Assembly: GCF_006345805.1 (NCBI RefSeq)
Contig: NC_043003.1
Span: forward strand, 12,462,001-12,526,000
Source of the DNA: Octopus sinensis
Taxonomy: Eukaryota
Length of the DNA stretch: 64,000 nucleotides
Reading direction: 5' to 3'
Positions 1-11,886 of this stretch are shown here, one piece after another. The translations under genes were made by a program, and so were the position numbers. Numbering within the stretch: position 1 is the stretch's first letter; the number at the start of each line of letters is the position of its first letter. The notes under the pieces are model-generated. The model made no database searches, was not told the origin of the DNA, and saw only the letters and a list, made by a program, of their open reading frames with translations.

Positions 1-322
1 TGATCACTCCAAACACCATGATGTTCACTGGATGTTTGATTTTTATCACTCTCGGTACAAGTCCTCAGATTGCACTGTTCTCAGATTGACACCCAAACAC
101 TCTGAAACGTTCATATTGGAGCTTCTGGTGCAAATGCCAAGCAGTACAGTATGTTGTTTCCAAATTTCTGGCAGAGTGAATTGCACTATGGTGTTGTTTT
201 TGTCACAGTCAGTGCCCAACTGACCTTACTATACTGTGTACTTGACAAAATCAGTAACAAACAATGTTACATGCCCGAAATTAAAAGTATATAATGGCAA
301 CAATTTACCTGTCATACCCTAA
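1..322 (-). mobile_element. Internally deleted Tc1/mariner-superfamily (maT/DD37D-like) transposon relic, truncated by the window edge
   Basis: The minus strand reads IVQFTLPEIWKQHTVLLGICTRSSNMNVSECLGVNLRTVQ (HTH-like), joined out of frame to VPRVIKIKHPVNIMVFGVI (catalytic-domain KHP..MVWG-type motif). TIR-like end agggtatgacaggtaaattg near 320. Confidence 0.7.
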
Positions 323-888
323 TATCCATGATATTATTATGGGATAATATTAATAATATCACAGTCTAGCTTTTCATGGTGTTAAATTTATATGTGTGTG
401 TGTGTATATATAGGTGATTTTTGTTGTAAGTGCTCAAGTTATTAGTTAACATTGCATCTAGTCTAATCAAATATATTGGCAATTCAGATCTTACATGTAT
501 AATTGTTCTACAAACCATGATGTTATTATGGGATGATATTAATAATATCACAGTGTAATTTTTCATGGTGTTAAGGTTTAAGAAACAATTTATTTTTTGG
601 ATAAGAGCTTTCCATCTATTGATTTTTAACTTGCTTCACCGACCAACAAAGTAAGCTGGACAAATAAAATTGTTTCTGGTTTCAGATCAGTCATAAAAGA
701 ATATTTCAAGGTAATTCGGGTTAATGACCCATGTAATTGGCAAATCTCTATCTATTAGGAATTAACTTGGTAATTGTATATACATCTGTTTGCCTGTAGC
801 CTAAACTTTAAATACTGTTACTACTGCTGTCATTGTTGCTTTTGTAAGGTAAGAAGTTGAAGCTAAATCATAGATATTCATAAGAGTG

Positions 889-920
<32 letters not shown>

Positions 921-1231
921 GGAAGCTGGTGGTAATGCTTTTTTTTTTTTTTTTTTTTTTTTGGCTGGTGTAAAATGCAATGTGAGATAGTTATAAATGC
1001 AAAAGTGATTTAGCCTGATCACTTATGATTCAGTGTGCTAACTCATGTTATTTTCAACCAATGCATAAAAGATATGTTATTTTAATGCAGTTTGGTGGTT
1101 TTATGAGAAATAAAATTGTATGAACACTACTACAGCTGAACCTCTTTTCTGCACTCTTCTCCCGGCATTTACTAACATCTTTCTCCTTATGAGTGTATTT
1201 CCTTGATAGGAAATCAAACCATTCTTCCATA

Positions 1232-1627
1232 TCTTTATATATAAAACTAAAGTTGTGTGTCTGTCTCCTACGATTTAGATTCCTAACTACACCCACATTT
1301 TGCGATGCAGTGTAACCAAAAGCGGTTATCTTAAAGTCGTGATTCATATCGAGCTCTTCTGGGTATTAGTGCGCGTCTACGATGAGTCTATGATTTAAAA
1401 GAAAATTTACCATCATTTTTTCCCATTTTTTAATGCATTTTTTTGCTATTATATAAGGGAAGTAACTCTCTAAAAATGTATTATTAAATCTCAGAACGTA
1501 AAAAGCTACAGTAACACCCCCCTTTGTGGTTAGCCATATTGAGATAGCTATTATACTTTACATCTCTAAAAATGCTTATATAGTTATTTCCCTTACAAAC
1601 CCGAGCAACGCCGGGCGATACTGCTAG
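1232..1627 (+). mobile_element. Non-autonomous Helitron
   Basis: 5' TC, 3' CTAG, inserted between A(1231) and T(1628) with no TSD. Subterminal hairpin cccgagcaacgccggg at 1600-1615. Confidence 0.8.
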
Positions 1628-2806
1628 TAATACATAAGAATATTTTAGAAGCTGGTAATATATTTATAATGTGCTACTGATATTAGTATGATGTTTTTTA
1701 TCCTTCTCAAAAGCATCAGCAACATGCAAAATCTCTATCAAACAATGAACGGTGCATAAAACATGAAATAATAATGATAAGCCATCAGTTAAGTGCATCA
1801 AGATATCAGACATTTCATGTGGCAGATGAGATGGATATAAAGTAACCGGTTGTTATATTAACACTTTACTGGTACTGTTTTGAGTGGAAAGGGTATGCCT
1901 CATCATTTTGATGCAAGGCTAGCACAGCTGTTTGTATTATATGACAGCCATGTAGGTTAGGTCTTGTGTGCATTTGTGTTACTAGTGCTGCCGGACTGGC
2001 TCCTGTGCCGGTGGTGTGTAAAAAGCACCATTCGAGTGTGCTCGATGCCAGTACTACCTGACTGGCGCTCATGCTGGTGACACGTAAAAAGCACCCACTG
2101 CACTCTTGGAGTGGTTGGCGTTAGGAAGGGCATCCAGCTGTAGAAACCTTGCCAGATCAGATTAGAGCCTTGTGCAACCTTCTGGCTTGCCAGTCCTCAG
2201 TCAAACCATCCAACCCGTGCCAGCGTGGAAAGCAGACGTTAAATTATTAATTTATCAACCTTGGAAGGCTGAACACGTTGTTGATTACAGCAAATAATAC
2301 ATGTCTATTGTTTGTTCTATGGTATCCAACCATTGCACACTATACTCTTAATGTAAGCTATGCCAACATGATGAAGGGAATCATCAGAAGGAAAAGTTTG
2401 AGAACTCATTTAATATCTTCATCTTCTACTTAACGTTAAGCATTATCTCTGGCCCTGAAATAATAATCCTTTCAGCTATAGACACAGAGTCTGGAATTTG
2501 GGGGTAGCAGTCTAGTTGGTTACATAGACCCTAGTACTTGACTGGTACTTATTTCATTGACCATAAAAAAAAAAATGAAAGACAAAGTTGATGCTGGTGG
2601 AATTTGAACTCAGAACATAAAGCTAGAAGAAATGCCACAAAGTATTTGGTCCAGTGTGCTAACAATTCTGCTAATCCACCGTCTTAACCCTGAAATAATA
2701 ATAAAACTGATTTAAAAGGGAGAGAGAAAAAAACGGAAGAAATAACTTTACTATCAGTAGAAAGAAGGAAATGGTAAATAAATGATAAAGATAGCATTGT
2801 TACTAG

Positions 2807-2946
2807 TTTACGATTTTATTTTTTGACTGTTTTTTATGTTAATATATTCTATATCCTTTCCTTTTTGTTTTCTTTTCAGGTAAGTTATCCATCATTTTCG
2901 TAATGTATTGAACAATCATTGATTATTATTGCCAGATATCGTGAGT
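2807..2946 (+). promoter_or_regulatory. Candidate recursive splice site (3'ss directly abutting a 5'ss) with a cryptic RS-exon
   Basis: AG-free stretch 2807-2877 ending cctttcctttttgttttcttttCAG (2877-2879), then GTAAGT (2880-2885); second donor ATC|GTGAGT at 2941. Confidence 0.6.
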
Positions 2947-3043
2947 ACTGTCTATGGTTTTCTGTCTTTGATTCTTCATTATCTTTTGCAGTTCAACAGA
3001 AATCTTTATCCTTTCAAAATTTTATTTTCATATCATTTATCAA

Positions 3044-3083
3044 TCTCTCTCTCTCTCTCTCTCTCTCCCTCTCTCTCTCTCTC

Positions 3084-3144
<61 letters not shown>
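3044..3144. repeat. Compound (CT)n(CA)n microsatellite
   Basis: Direct reading. Confidence 0.95.
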
Positions 3145-3148
<4 letters not shown>

Positions 3149-3725
3149 GACCAAAAGGGGTAACATTTGATCTCCTGTCCTATAAGGTGCATCTTACTTC
3201 AACTACTCACGTGTCCCAGAGACTCAAGATAATATAATGAACAGAATAATCCTTTCTACTAAAGGCACAAGGCCTGAAATTTGGAGGAGGTGGGGCAGTC
3301 AATTGCATTGACCCCAATACTCAACTAGTACTTATTGAGTATAAATGAACAGAATAATGACAATGGTCAGTGCAGCTGGAGGACAAAATATACGATATTT
3401 AGTTTAGTCACACGGTTCCATGTTCAAATCCTGCTTTTCTTTATTTTTTTTTATCCTTCTTAGGCTAATGAAATAGCTGGATATTACTGTCTTGAGTCCT
3501 AGACTCCTACAACTGATTTCCTAGTTTCCATGATGTATAAATGACCAAGAGCATAACATTTTCCTTGAATGGGGCATCAGTCCATCACAGGGTTATTCAT
3601 TTACAGCTAAGTGGACAAGAATAACATAAAATGAAGTGTCTTACTCAAGAACGCAACACACTCCCCAGTCAGGGAACTGAAACTATGATCTTACAATCAT
3701 GAGTGTAACACCCTATCCACTAGGC

Positions 3726-3793
3726 CAGCATTTTTCAAACCTCTTCATCACAACCAAACTGAAGGGTCGGGACCCACAGCTTGAAAAACGCTG
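3726..3793. mobile_element. 68-bp hAT-type mini-MITE
   Basis: TIRs CAGCATTTTTCAA / TTGAAAAACGCTG; 8-bp TSD CACTAGGC / CACTTGGC. Confidence 0.65.
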
Positions 3794-3915
3794 CACTTGG
3801 CTATGTACCTTCACAATGAAACAGTTGCACATTATGTAATGCAACTGCTGCACTTGGCTTCACACTGCTTTTATAAAACATTACTATATCAGACGTTCAT
3901 ACTAAGATATTTTAT

Positions 3916-4490
3916 TCTTGTTTCAGTCATTGGACTGTGGCTATGCTGGGATACCATTTGAAGGGTTAGTCACCCCAGTACTTAACTTTAAGTCTGATAC
4001 CTATTTGGTCTGTCTCTTTTGCTGAACTGCTGTGTTACAGGAATGTAAACAAACCAATGTAGGTTGTCAAGTAGTGGTGGGGAGCAACACATAAACATTA
4101 ATAATGGGCTTTCTCACAGTTTCTTATTTCTTTATTGCCCACAAGGGGATAAACATAGAGGAGACAAACAAGGACAGACAAAGGGATTAAGTCGATTACA
4201 TCGACTCCAGTGCATAACTGGTACTTAATTTATCGACCCCAAAAGGATGAAAGACAAAGTCGACCTCGGCGGAATTTGAACTCAGGACGTAACGGCAGAC
4301 GAAATACCACTAAGTATTTTGCCCAGTGTGCTAACGTTTCTGCCAGCTTGCCGCCTTACACACAGTTTCTGCCTATCAAATTCACTCACAGGATCTTTGG
4401 TAGAAGACAGTTGCCCAAAGTGCTGCATAGTGGGCTTGAACCCGCGATCCACATGGTAGCAAAGTGAGCTCCTTAAACACACACACACAT
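3916..4490 (-). mobile_element. Decayed SINE family A copy, hosting a nested family C SINE
   Basis: Tail ttgtttcagtcattggactgtggc and head segment cccaaagtgctgcatagtggg match other family A copies in the window. Confidence 0.7.
4124..4360 (-). mobile_element. tRNA-head SINE family C (aaggcggcaagctggcagaaacgttagcac...)
   Basis: Full head-to-tail copy flanked by TSD CACAGTTTC (4115-4123, 4361-4369); homologous to 56843-57058. Confidence 0.8.
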
Positions 4491-7002
4491 TTAAAGTAAG
4501 AGACAAAAATAAAGTGAGAAATTTTTCTTTTACTTCAAGAATTTTACCTCATGTAAAATGGAAGTGATAACTTTACTGTCAGTGACAATTTCTTTTGCAA
4601 CATCTAAATTCTAAGGGATCTTCTTTTGAAGAGGAAAAAAAAATCTGATTTTAATGTCATCTTTTTTTCTTCAGAAAATTACATAACAAAAAATTGCTTG
4701 GTCACATTTTAGCAAAAAAGCAGCAGTTAGCATTTCATGTGTTTAGAAATATAATTACTGACAGTAGAAAGAGTTTGGAAGTAATGGACATGTTTTCTAA
4801 GGCTTTCTTAGGCATGGTTATCTTTAACTACATTAATTTAAAGATAAAATGAAAGAGAAACAATAATTTTGAATGATTTAATGATTTCTGTGAATCCTCA
4901 GTAATATTCTTGTCACCAAGTTTTATTCATTAACATCAAATGTCTCCATTTAATTTAAGATTTCCCCAAAAAAAGAAGAAGAAAAATATTTATTCCAATG
5001 CTATGCAAATTGTTTTTTTTTTCTTTTTCTTTTCTTTTTCCCCCCCTACTGAATGGAGTTCAGCCTTGACCATTTGCTCTTCCTTGGATTCAGATCTTGG
5101 GATTTTGAGGCTTGTTGAAGGCCTTTCACTGTTTCATTAAATTCTTTAATGACTAACTCCTTGTTTGTCATTGCTTTGCAAACTTTGCCCAAAATACGAA
5201 TGAAAAGATTTTTGAATTGCTTCCCAAATGAAAAAAAATTCTTCAGTTGCCACCCAATCGAAAAAATAAAAGTGTGAGAAGAAAAATTAGTTGTGATCAT
5301 TGTCACATTAAGTTTAATCTCCCCCTCTCTCTCTCTCTCTTTCTCTCTCAATCTCTTTCTCACACTCTCACTTTTTCTTCATCAGTTAATTTTTTGGGTG
5401 GTGGTGGGGGGGGGAGTTAGACACCATATGGTTTCAGGTTCATTCCCAATGCACAACAGCTTGATCAAGTGTCTTCTACTACACCCCTAGACCAGCCAAT
5501 ATGTATGTCATTGACAACCAGTATTTGCTTACATCCCTGTAATTTAGTGGTTTAGCAAAAGAGACAGACACGAATGCCAGATTTTAAAAATAAGTATTGG
5601 AGTTGATCTGTTCAACTAAATCCCTTCAAGAATGTGCCCCAACATAGTCACAGTCTAATGAATGAAACCTGTAGAAAAGAGAAGATACATGTTTAAAGAC
5701 TATGGAAAGATACATAAGACAATGAAGGATTTGAAACTGTAATTCCTCTAATTACTTTGTTCATGTATAAAATAATTAAAATATCATGAATTGGGGCTTA
5801 CTTAGAAATCTATATTTTATTTCTACAAAGAAAAGTTGGGTCATTGATAATTGTGTTTTACTCTCATGGAAGTTGTGTCCTTTATTCCTAATCTTCCATG
5901 ACATGTCTGGTCATGGGAAAATATTAATCTTTCTTGGAATCAGATGAGGGTTGCCGACAGGAAAGGCATCTATCCATAGAAAATTCACCACAACAAAATC
6001 CATCCGACCCATGCAAGTGTAGAAAAGTGTACATTAAATAACGATGATTATGATATTATTACAAAATAGCAAAAACCAAAGGAGCGGGGTGGAAAATAGC
6101 CAAAAACCAAAAGTGGGGAAGGAATAAAAGAAACATCCTACTATACCTCCAATTAGAAATGGAATGAGATAAAAAATTTTGTAAACTACTCCTTTCTTTA
6201 CTGTGCTTGGCAACTTCCCTTTCACATCATATTTATCTTTAACAAACAAAATGCTGTTATTTATGATCTCTTTAGACATTACAGCATGTGTAACTTGTAT
6301 CAACTTAAAAGTTCTTTTATTAAATTCAGTAATTTTGTAAATAATAGTGTAAACTTTTACATGATACTTTGTTGAAATGAAATATAAATTTTCGTGCAAG
6401 CCAAAAATGACTGTGTAAGAAGTCAATTAGATATTTTTGTTACTGTTGTAGTTATAATGCAGAGTAAGATGTCTGGGTCAGATAGAGAAGTGAGTTTACT
6501 GTATAGTATATCTATCGTCTAATACTCTCTGGAGGGAGATTGCCATAAATATAATTTTAATATCTTTGTTTTCTTTTTTTTTATTAATTTTTCAAATTGA
6601 AATGGACAAATACAATTAACTGAGATGGAAAACTATATTCATATTGAAGCAGTTTTTTTTCCCCTCTGTATATGTTTTATTACTTGGCTTAGAGCAGAAA
6701 ACTGGTTATGTCTCAAATAAATCAAATTTATTGTCAAAAAAAAAAATAAAATAACTGTTGTTGTTGTTGTCATCGTCGTCGTCATCATCATCATCACTAT
6801 TAATAATGATGATGATGATAATAGTAACAATGCTTAACAGCATTTCTTCCGACTTTTTGTTCTGAGTTCAGATTCTACTGAGGATAATTTTGCCTTTCGT
6901 CCTTTTGGGGCTGATAAAATAAGTACCAGTTGAGCCCTGGAAGTGATGTAATCAGCTTGCCCCCTTTCCCCAAAATTGCTGGCTTTGTGCCAAAATTTGA
7001 AA

Positions 7003-7320
7003 TCATTATTGTTATCAAGTGAGAGAGCAGTGCATGCCATCAAAGTGACACTAGGGTAAAATATATGAAGGCCAGTATACCCATCATGACTGCTCATCTG
7101 ATAAGGGTACACCAGGCACATGCATCACAACCATATGTGCATGACCTTGCAGGTGAGGCCCAGATAAAATTTTCTTTGGGTCGAGTAGCCCATCCTGCTC
7201 AAATGGTTCTTGAATATGGGTTGTTTAAGAATGTTGAACGAAACACCCATGTTTCCTGAGATGAATTATTCAAACTCCAAAAAGTTCTTCTCAACACATG
7301 GCTATGATGTTCCCCCAACT
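7003..7320 (-). mobile_element. Partial copy of the (AAT)n-tailed repeat also found at 23773-24288
   Basis: Reverse-complement similarity over about 300 bp to 23940-24290. Confidence 0.7.
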
Positions 7321-7447
7321 AATTATGGAATATAAACTGGAGCTATTTCGTGTTGCTTTCTCCAAAAGAGGAGGAAATGAAAATGCAATTCCTTATTTTT
7401 GAGATGGGGAGTTTATATAATGTATTCTGTTTATATTAATCAGCCTA

Positions 7448-7739
7448 ATGTCCTCATCTTGATTGTTGCTTTCACTATGTTTTGGCTGTTGTGCAGTCAC
7501 TTAGAAGTTTGGAGTTTAATCCCCAGGCAAGGCTCTGAGGTAATTCACAAAAGATCTCTCGAAGCAAAAATGCCATGAACCACAGAGGGCAGAATGAGAA
7601 CAGTGTACCACCATGAATCAAATAATGGGTTAGGTTCAAAATTCCAATTCAACAGCCAAGTTCAACACAAAACACCTGCAGAAGGCTGGAGGAAGCAACA
7701 GCCAAAACATAATGAAAGCAGCAACCAAGACAAGGACAC
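7448..7739. mobile_element. Foldback/MITE-like element with ~44-bp terminal inverted repeats
   Basis: cttgattgttgctttcactatgttttggctgttg (7458-7491) is a near reverse complement of caacagccaaaacataatgaaagcagcaaccaag (7696-7729). Confidence 0.55.
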
Positions 7740-10690
7740 CATCAGTATACATAATGAAATGAAAATGGTGTCTGACATGAATTTCACAGGGGCATTAGGG
7801 ATAGGGTAGGTACCAAGCTGGCAGAATCATTAGCATGTCTGTCAAAATGCTTAGCAGCATTTCTCCCTGCTCTTTATGTTCTGAGTTCAAATCCCATCAA
7901 AGTGAACATTGCTTTGAATCCCTTTGAAGTTGATAAAATAAAGTAGCAGTCAAGTACAGGGGATGATGTAACTGACATGTCCCCTCCCTACCCTTTAAGA
8001 CTGCTGGCCTTAAACCCTGCAGTGGACCAGCATTTTATTTTCAGGAATGTTATAATCTGTTACTTATATGTCAGGAAAATGGGGTAACCAGCCTTATAAA
8101 TTCAAGGGCCCCGAAAGAAAAGAAGTAAAAAGGGATAGGTGTATATGCAATGAAGCAGTTACAAGAGAGACTGAAAACTGTTTTTTGACTTGGCTTACTG
8201 AAAGCTTGCTTACCTTCTATTCTGTCATACTTAACCTTTTGTTATTATTAGTCATATGAAATAAAAACTAATATTTATTTAGTCTCTTTTACCATGTCAT
8301 TTTTTTTTATAGGTGAAATATAGGTGAAAATGTTAAATTGTATGTGAAAATTGTATTTCTTTTGTTTAAATACATTTTCTAAAACTTCCTTATGACTAAT
8401 TCCGAAATAGTAACTGTCATATGTGTGTAACAGTTCTTATTATTAAATATAGCGCACCCCAATCATCGCATCTATTTTATTTGTTTTCCTTTTTGCTCTA
8501 TTTATGTACCCATAATAATGAGTTAGTACTAAGTAGATGGTAGTTTCAACATAAGCAGGTCTATGGAAACCTAGATATATCAGTAAACTGAACTGACCTG
8601 AAATATTTAAGCTGAACAGAGTTAGGGGACAGATAGGTAGACAGTTATTTTTCAGATCTGTCCAACATAACAGCATGAGGAAATAGTCAAAATATGTGAA
8701 TGATGTTGATCATAAAGCAAGAGGTATTTTTCTTATAAGACTACTTGACTGCTAGTAATTACAATAGAAGCTAATCTAACATTTATTTATTTTTACCATC
8801 CCAACATTGATGTTATAAGTGTTGGTATTGAATAAAAGAAGGCTGGAGACTTACATTTACCAAGAAGCTAAAACAATGGACATGTGTTGTTTTAAACCCT
8901 CTGACTTCAAATTCAAACATGTAAGGTGATTTTTGTCCTATCATTATTATAAATACTTTCTTGACTTTTTATTGATCTTTAAGTTCACCCTGTATAGAAT
9001 GTATCTTGACTAAATAATGTTAAAGTGTTATTTATCTGCTCCTACATTTTTATTCATTGTTAGCTAAGTTACCTATAGCCAGAAGCTGTCCTTCATAATA
9101 AAGCAATATTCTCAAAAAAACTGATTTTTGCTAGAATTAAAATTTGTGCAACAGTAACTATAGGCCCTTTAACTATTTCACCTTTCATGTGCGATTTTGA
9201 TTTGCTTAGCAATTAGCTCACACACTTCATAAATTACTTGCATTACGGAAGTAGTTTCTATAATGTATTTTGAAATTTGATAGCATAAAAATACTTTTTA
9301 GAATGCTAACTCATTTTTTGGATTTTGTTATTATGCGTGGTTAAATAATGGCTTTCATAGTTGTGTTTTTTTAGGAACTGCAACTAAATCTTTATAAATA
9401 TGACATGCATATAACACTGTGTATGCATGTCTTATTTGTAAAAATATGTATCTTGTCATTAAAAATTAGACAAACTTTTAGTATGGCTCCTCTGCAAGGC
9501 TTATGAAAACATCAGTTATTCTTCATTTGCATAAATAAAACTCATGATGCAAAAATATATTGAGTCAAAACTTCACTCAATCTTCCGGAGTCTTAATTCC
9601 ACTGATTTTTAGTGATTTGTAAGTCTAAAATTTTACTCAGTTATGTTGAGTCAAAACTGCACCTATCCACAGGGGTTTGTTATTCTGTTTTTAGTTTTCT
9701 CTCTCTTTCTCTCCCCAATATATCATTTCTTCTGTCTTCTGGCATTGTTTTGTCACCTTTGGAGCATGATCCAGTACCTCGACTCATTGGATCCTTGTCA
9801 AACTGCCCAACCGATGCAAACATGGATGTTAAATAAAGATGATGATGGTAATGGTGATGATGATGATGAATTACAACTTTTCTAACTTGCTTTAATGAAA
9901 ACTAATACAATTTTTACTGTTCATGGACTCTGGTTTGACTTTTAAAAACCATTTAAAAGGGAAGTTAATTTGGTTCATGCTATAAAAGAACTTTTACTTC
10001 TTGGAGAATGGACTCAATGTAAGGAAACTGACTATCACTTCATGCTCCATAGAATTTGTTTGGAGAGAAACGATTTGATCAATAACAAAATTGCTACTCT
10101 AAGGCATCTTAGCCCCAGACCAACAGCCAATGTAGATGTAAAAGTTTCAAAAATGTTAATTATTCTCACTGCTCGTTATCTAATTTCTTCATAGGTTAAA
10201 TAGAATTCTTCAACCAATATCCAGCTTTTTTTGCTCTCTATAGTACTCTTTCCATTGTTATACGTTTTACTTCACATTTTTACTTGTCTTAAGAAGTAAA
10301 GGTGTTAGGGTTAGGAGAGAGGGGGGGCTTCTGAGTTTACACTGTTGGCCAGTGGAACTACTTTGATGCTAAATTTCTGCCGTTTGTGGGGGAAGACACC
10401 TGCAGGGGCTGAATCAATAAGCCATGAAGTTATGTGGATACATACAGAGAAATTCAAATTTATTAGTATAGGTGTAAATATTGTCTCTTTTTTTCTTTTT
10501 TTAACAAATGAAGATAATCTCAAACACAGGTGAAAATGGCTTAGTGTATCGGATAAAATACCATTTTAGAAAAAAATGGCCAGCTAAGAGTCTGTTCTCC
10601 CATTTTCCTTTTTTTCTGGGAGTTAACTACTTGTCTGTAAACCAAAAAGCCATGATACATGTATAATATATGGTATTTATTAGTATAGAT

Positions 10691-10891
10691 TAGTGGTTTT
10701 CAACCAGGGTTCCGCCAGTACAGTCCAGGGGTTCCACAAGAAGTTACAAAACTGCTAAAATCGGCAGTAATTTTTAATTCTCCTGTGCAGATATGTGTGT
10801 ATAAGACTATTAAATTATTGCACAGGGGTTCCTCGAGCCAGTGGAATGTTTCCTTGGGGTTCCGCTCCAGCAAAAAGTTTTAAAAGCACTG
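10691..10891. mobile_element. hAT (Charlie/MER5-like) MITE
   Basis: Ends TAGTGGTTTTCAA...TTAAAAGCACTG; perfect 8-bp TSD GTATAGAT (10683-10690, 10892-10899). Confidence 0.8.
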
Positions 10892-11503
10892 GTATAGATA
10901 TACATGCGAATGTGTGTAAGAAACTCTTTTATCTGTTAATAGCTTCAGTCATTGAACTGCTGCCATGCTGGAGTACTGTCTTGAAAGGTTATGTCAAACA
11001 AATGGACCCTAGCACTTATTTAGGTCTGGTGTGCTATCTGTCTCTTTTAACGAACTGCTAAGTAACAGGGATGTAAACAAACCAATACCAGTTGTCAAGT
11101 AGTGGATTGGAGAACAGACATACATATATATATATATATGTACTCTCCCATATACATACATGGCAGACTTCCACACGGTTTTCAATTGCCAAATTCACTC
11201 ACAAGGCATTATTGATCATCCCAGGACTAAATTAGAAGACACTTGCAAAGTTGTTGCACAGTGGGACTGAACCTGAAACCACATGGTTACATAGTGTTAT
11301 GTCCCGCATTATGACGGCATATATCGTCATCTCTGTGGGACTGGCCCGAACAGCATACCTCGCTGACTCACATTACTGACTGTGTCAGTCCACTATTTAT
11401 TAGTAGTGGACCAGCCCACTTCTCACCCGGGGGCATCTTCCACAACGCAAAGCAAGTTTCTTAACCTCACAGACATGCTTACACCTGTTCTGTTTCAACA
11501 ATA

Positions 11504-11886
11504 AGGTGCAGGAGTGGCTGTGTGGTAAGTAGCTTGCTTACCAACCACATGGTTCCGGGTTCAGTCCCACTGCATGGCACCTTGGGCAAGTGTCTTCTAC
11601 TTTAGCCTCGGGCCGACCAAAACCTTGTGAGTGGATTTGGTAGACGGAAACTGAAAGAAACCCATCATATATATGTATATATATATGTGTGTCTGTGTTT
11701 GTCCCCCCAACATCGCTTGACAACTGATATTGGTGTGTTTACGTCCCCATAACTTAGCGGTTCAGTAAAAGAGACTGATAGAATAAGTACTAGGCTTACA
11801 AAGAATAAGTCCTGGGGTCGATTTGTTCAACTAAAGGCGGTGCTCCAGCATGGCCGCAATCAAATGACTGGAACAAGTAAAAGAGT
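11504..11886 (+). mobile_element. Full-length tRNA-head SINE family A (aggtgcaggagtggctgtgtggtaag...gaaacaagtaaaagag)
   Basis: A-box/B-box-like head, central (TA/TG)n, conserved tail. Many further full, partial or decayed copies (roughly 20 or more) occur in both orientations across the window. Confidence 0.85.

Noticed and set aside
686-853. Possible microexons 686-710 and 800-848, and a TAAG|GTAAGA junction at 848
   Set aside because: Lengths are not frame-preserving, an AAG acceptor is atypical, and there is no homology.
5046-5363. 105-aa minus-strand ORF
   Set aside because: It starts in a (GA)n repeat, has no convincing acceptor and no recognised homology.
6034-6426. 130-aa minus-strand ORF with a hydrophobic C-terminus
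   Set aside because: No recognisable family or clear splice signals; composition is typical of chance AT-rich ORFs.
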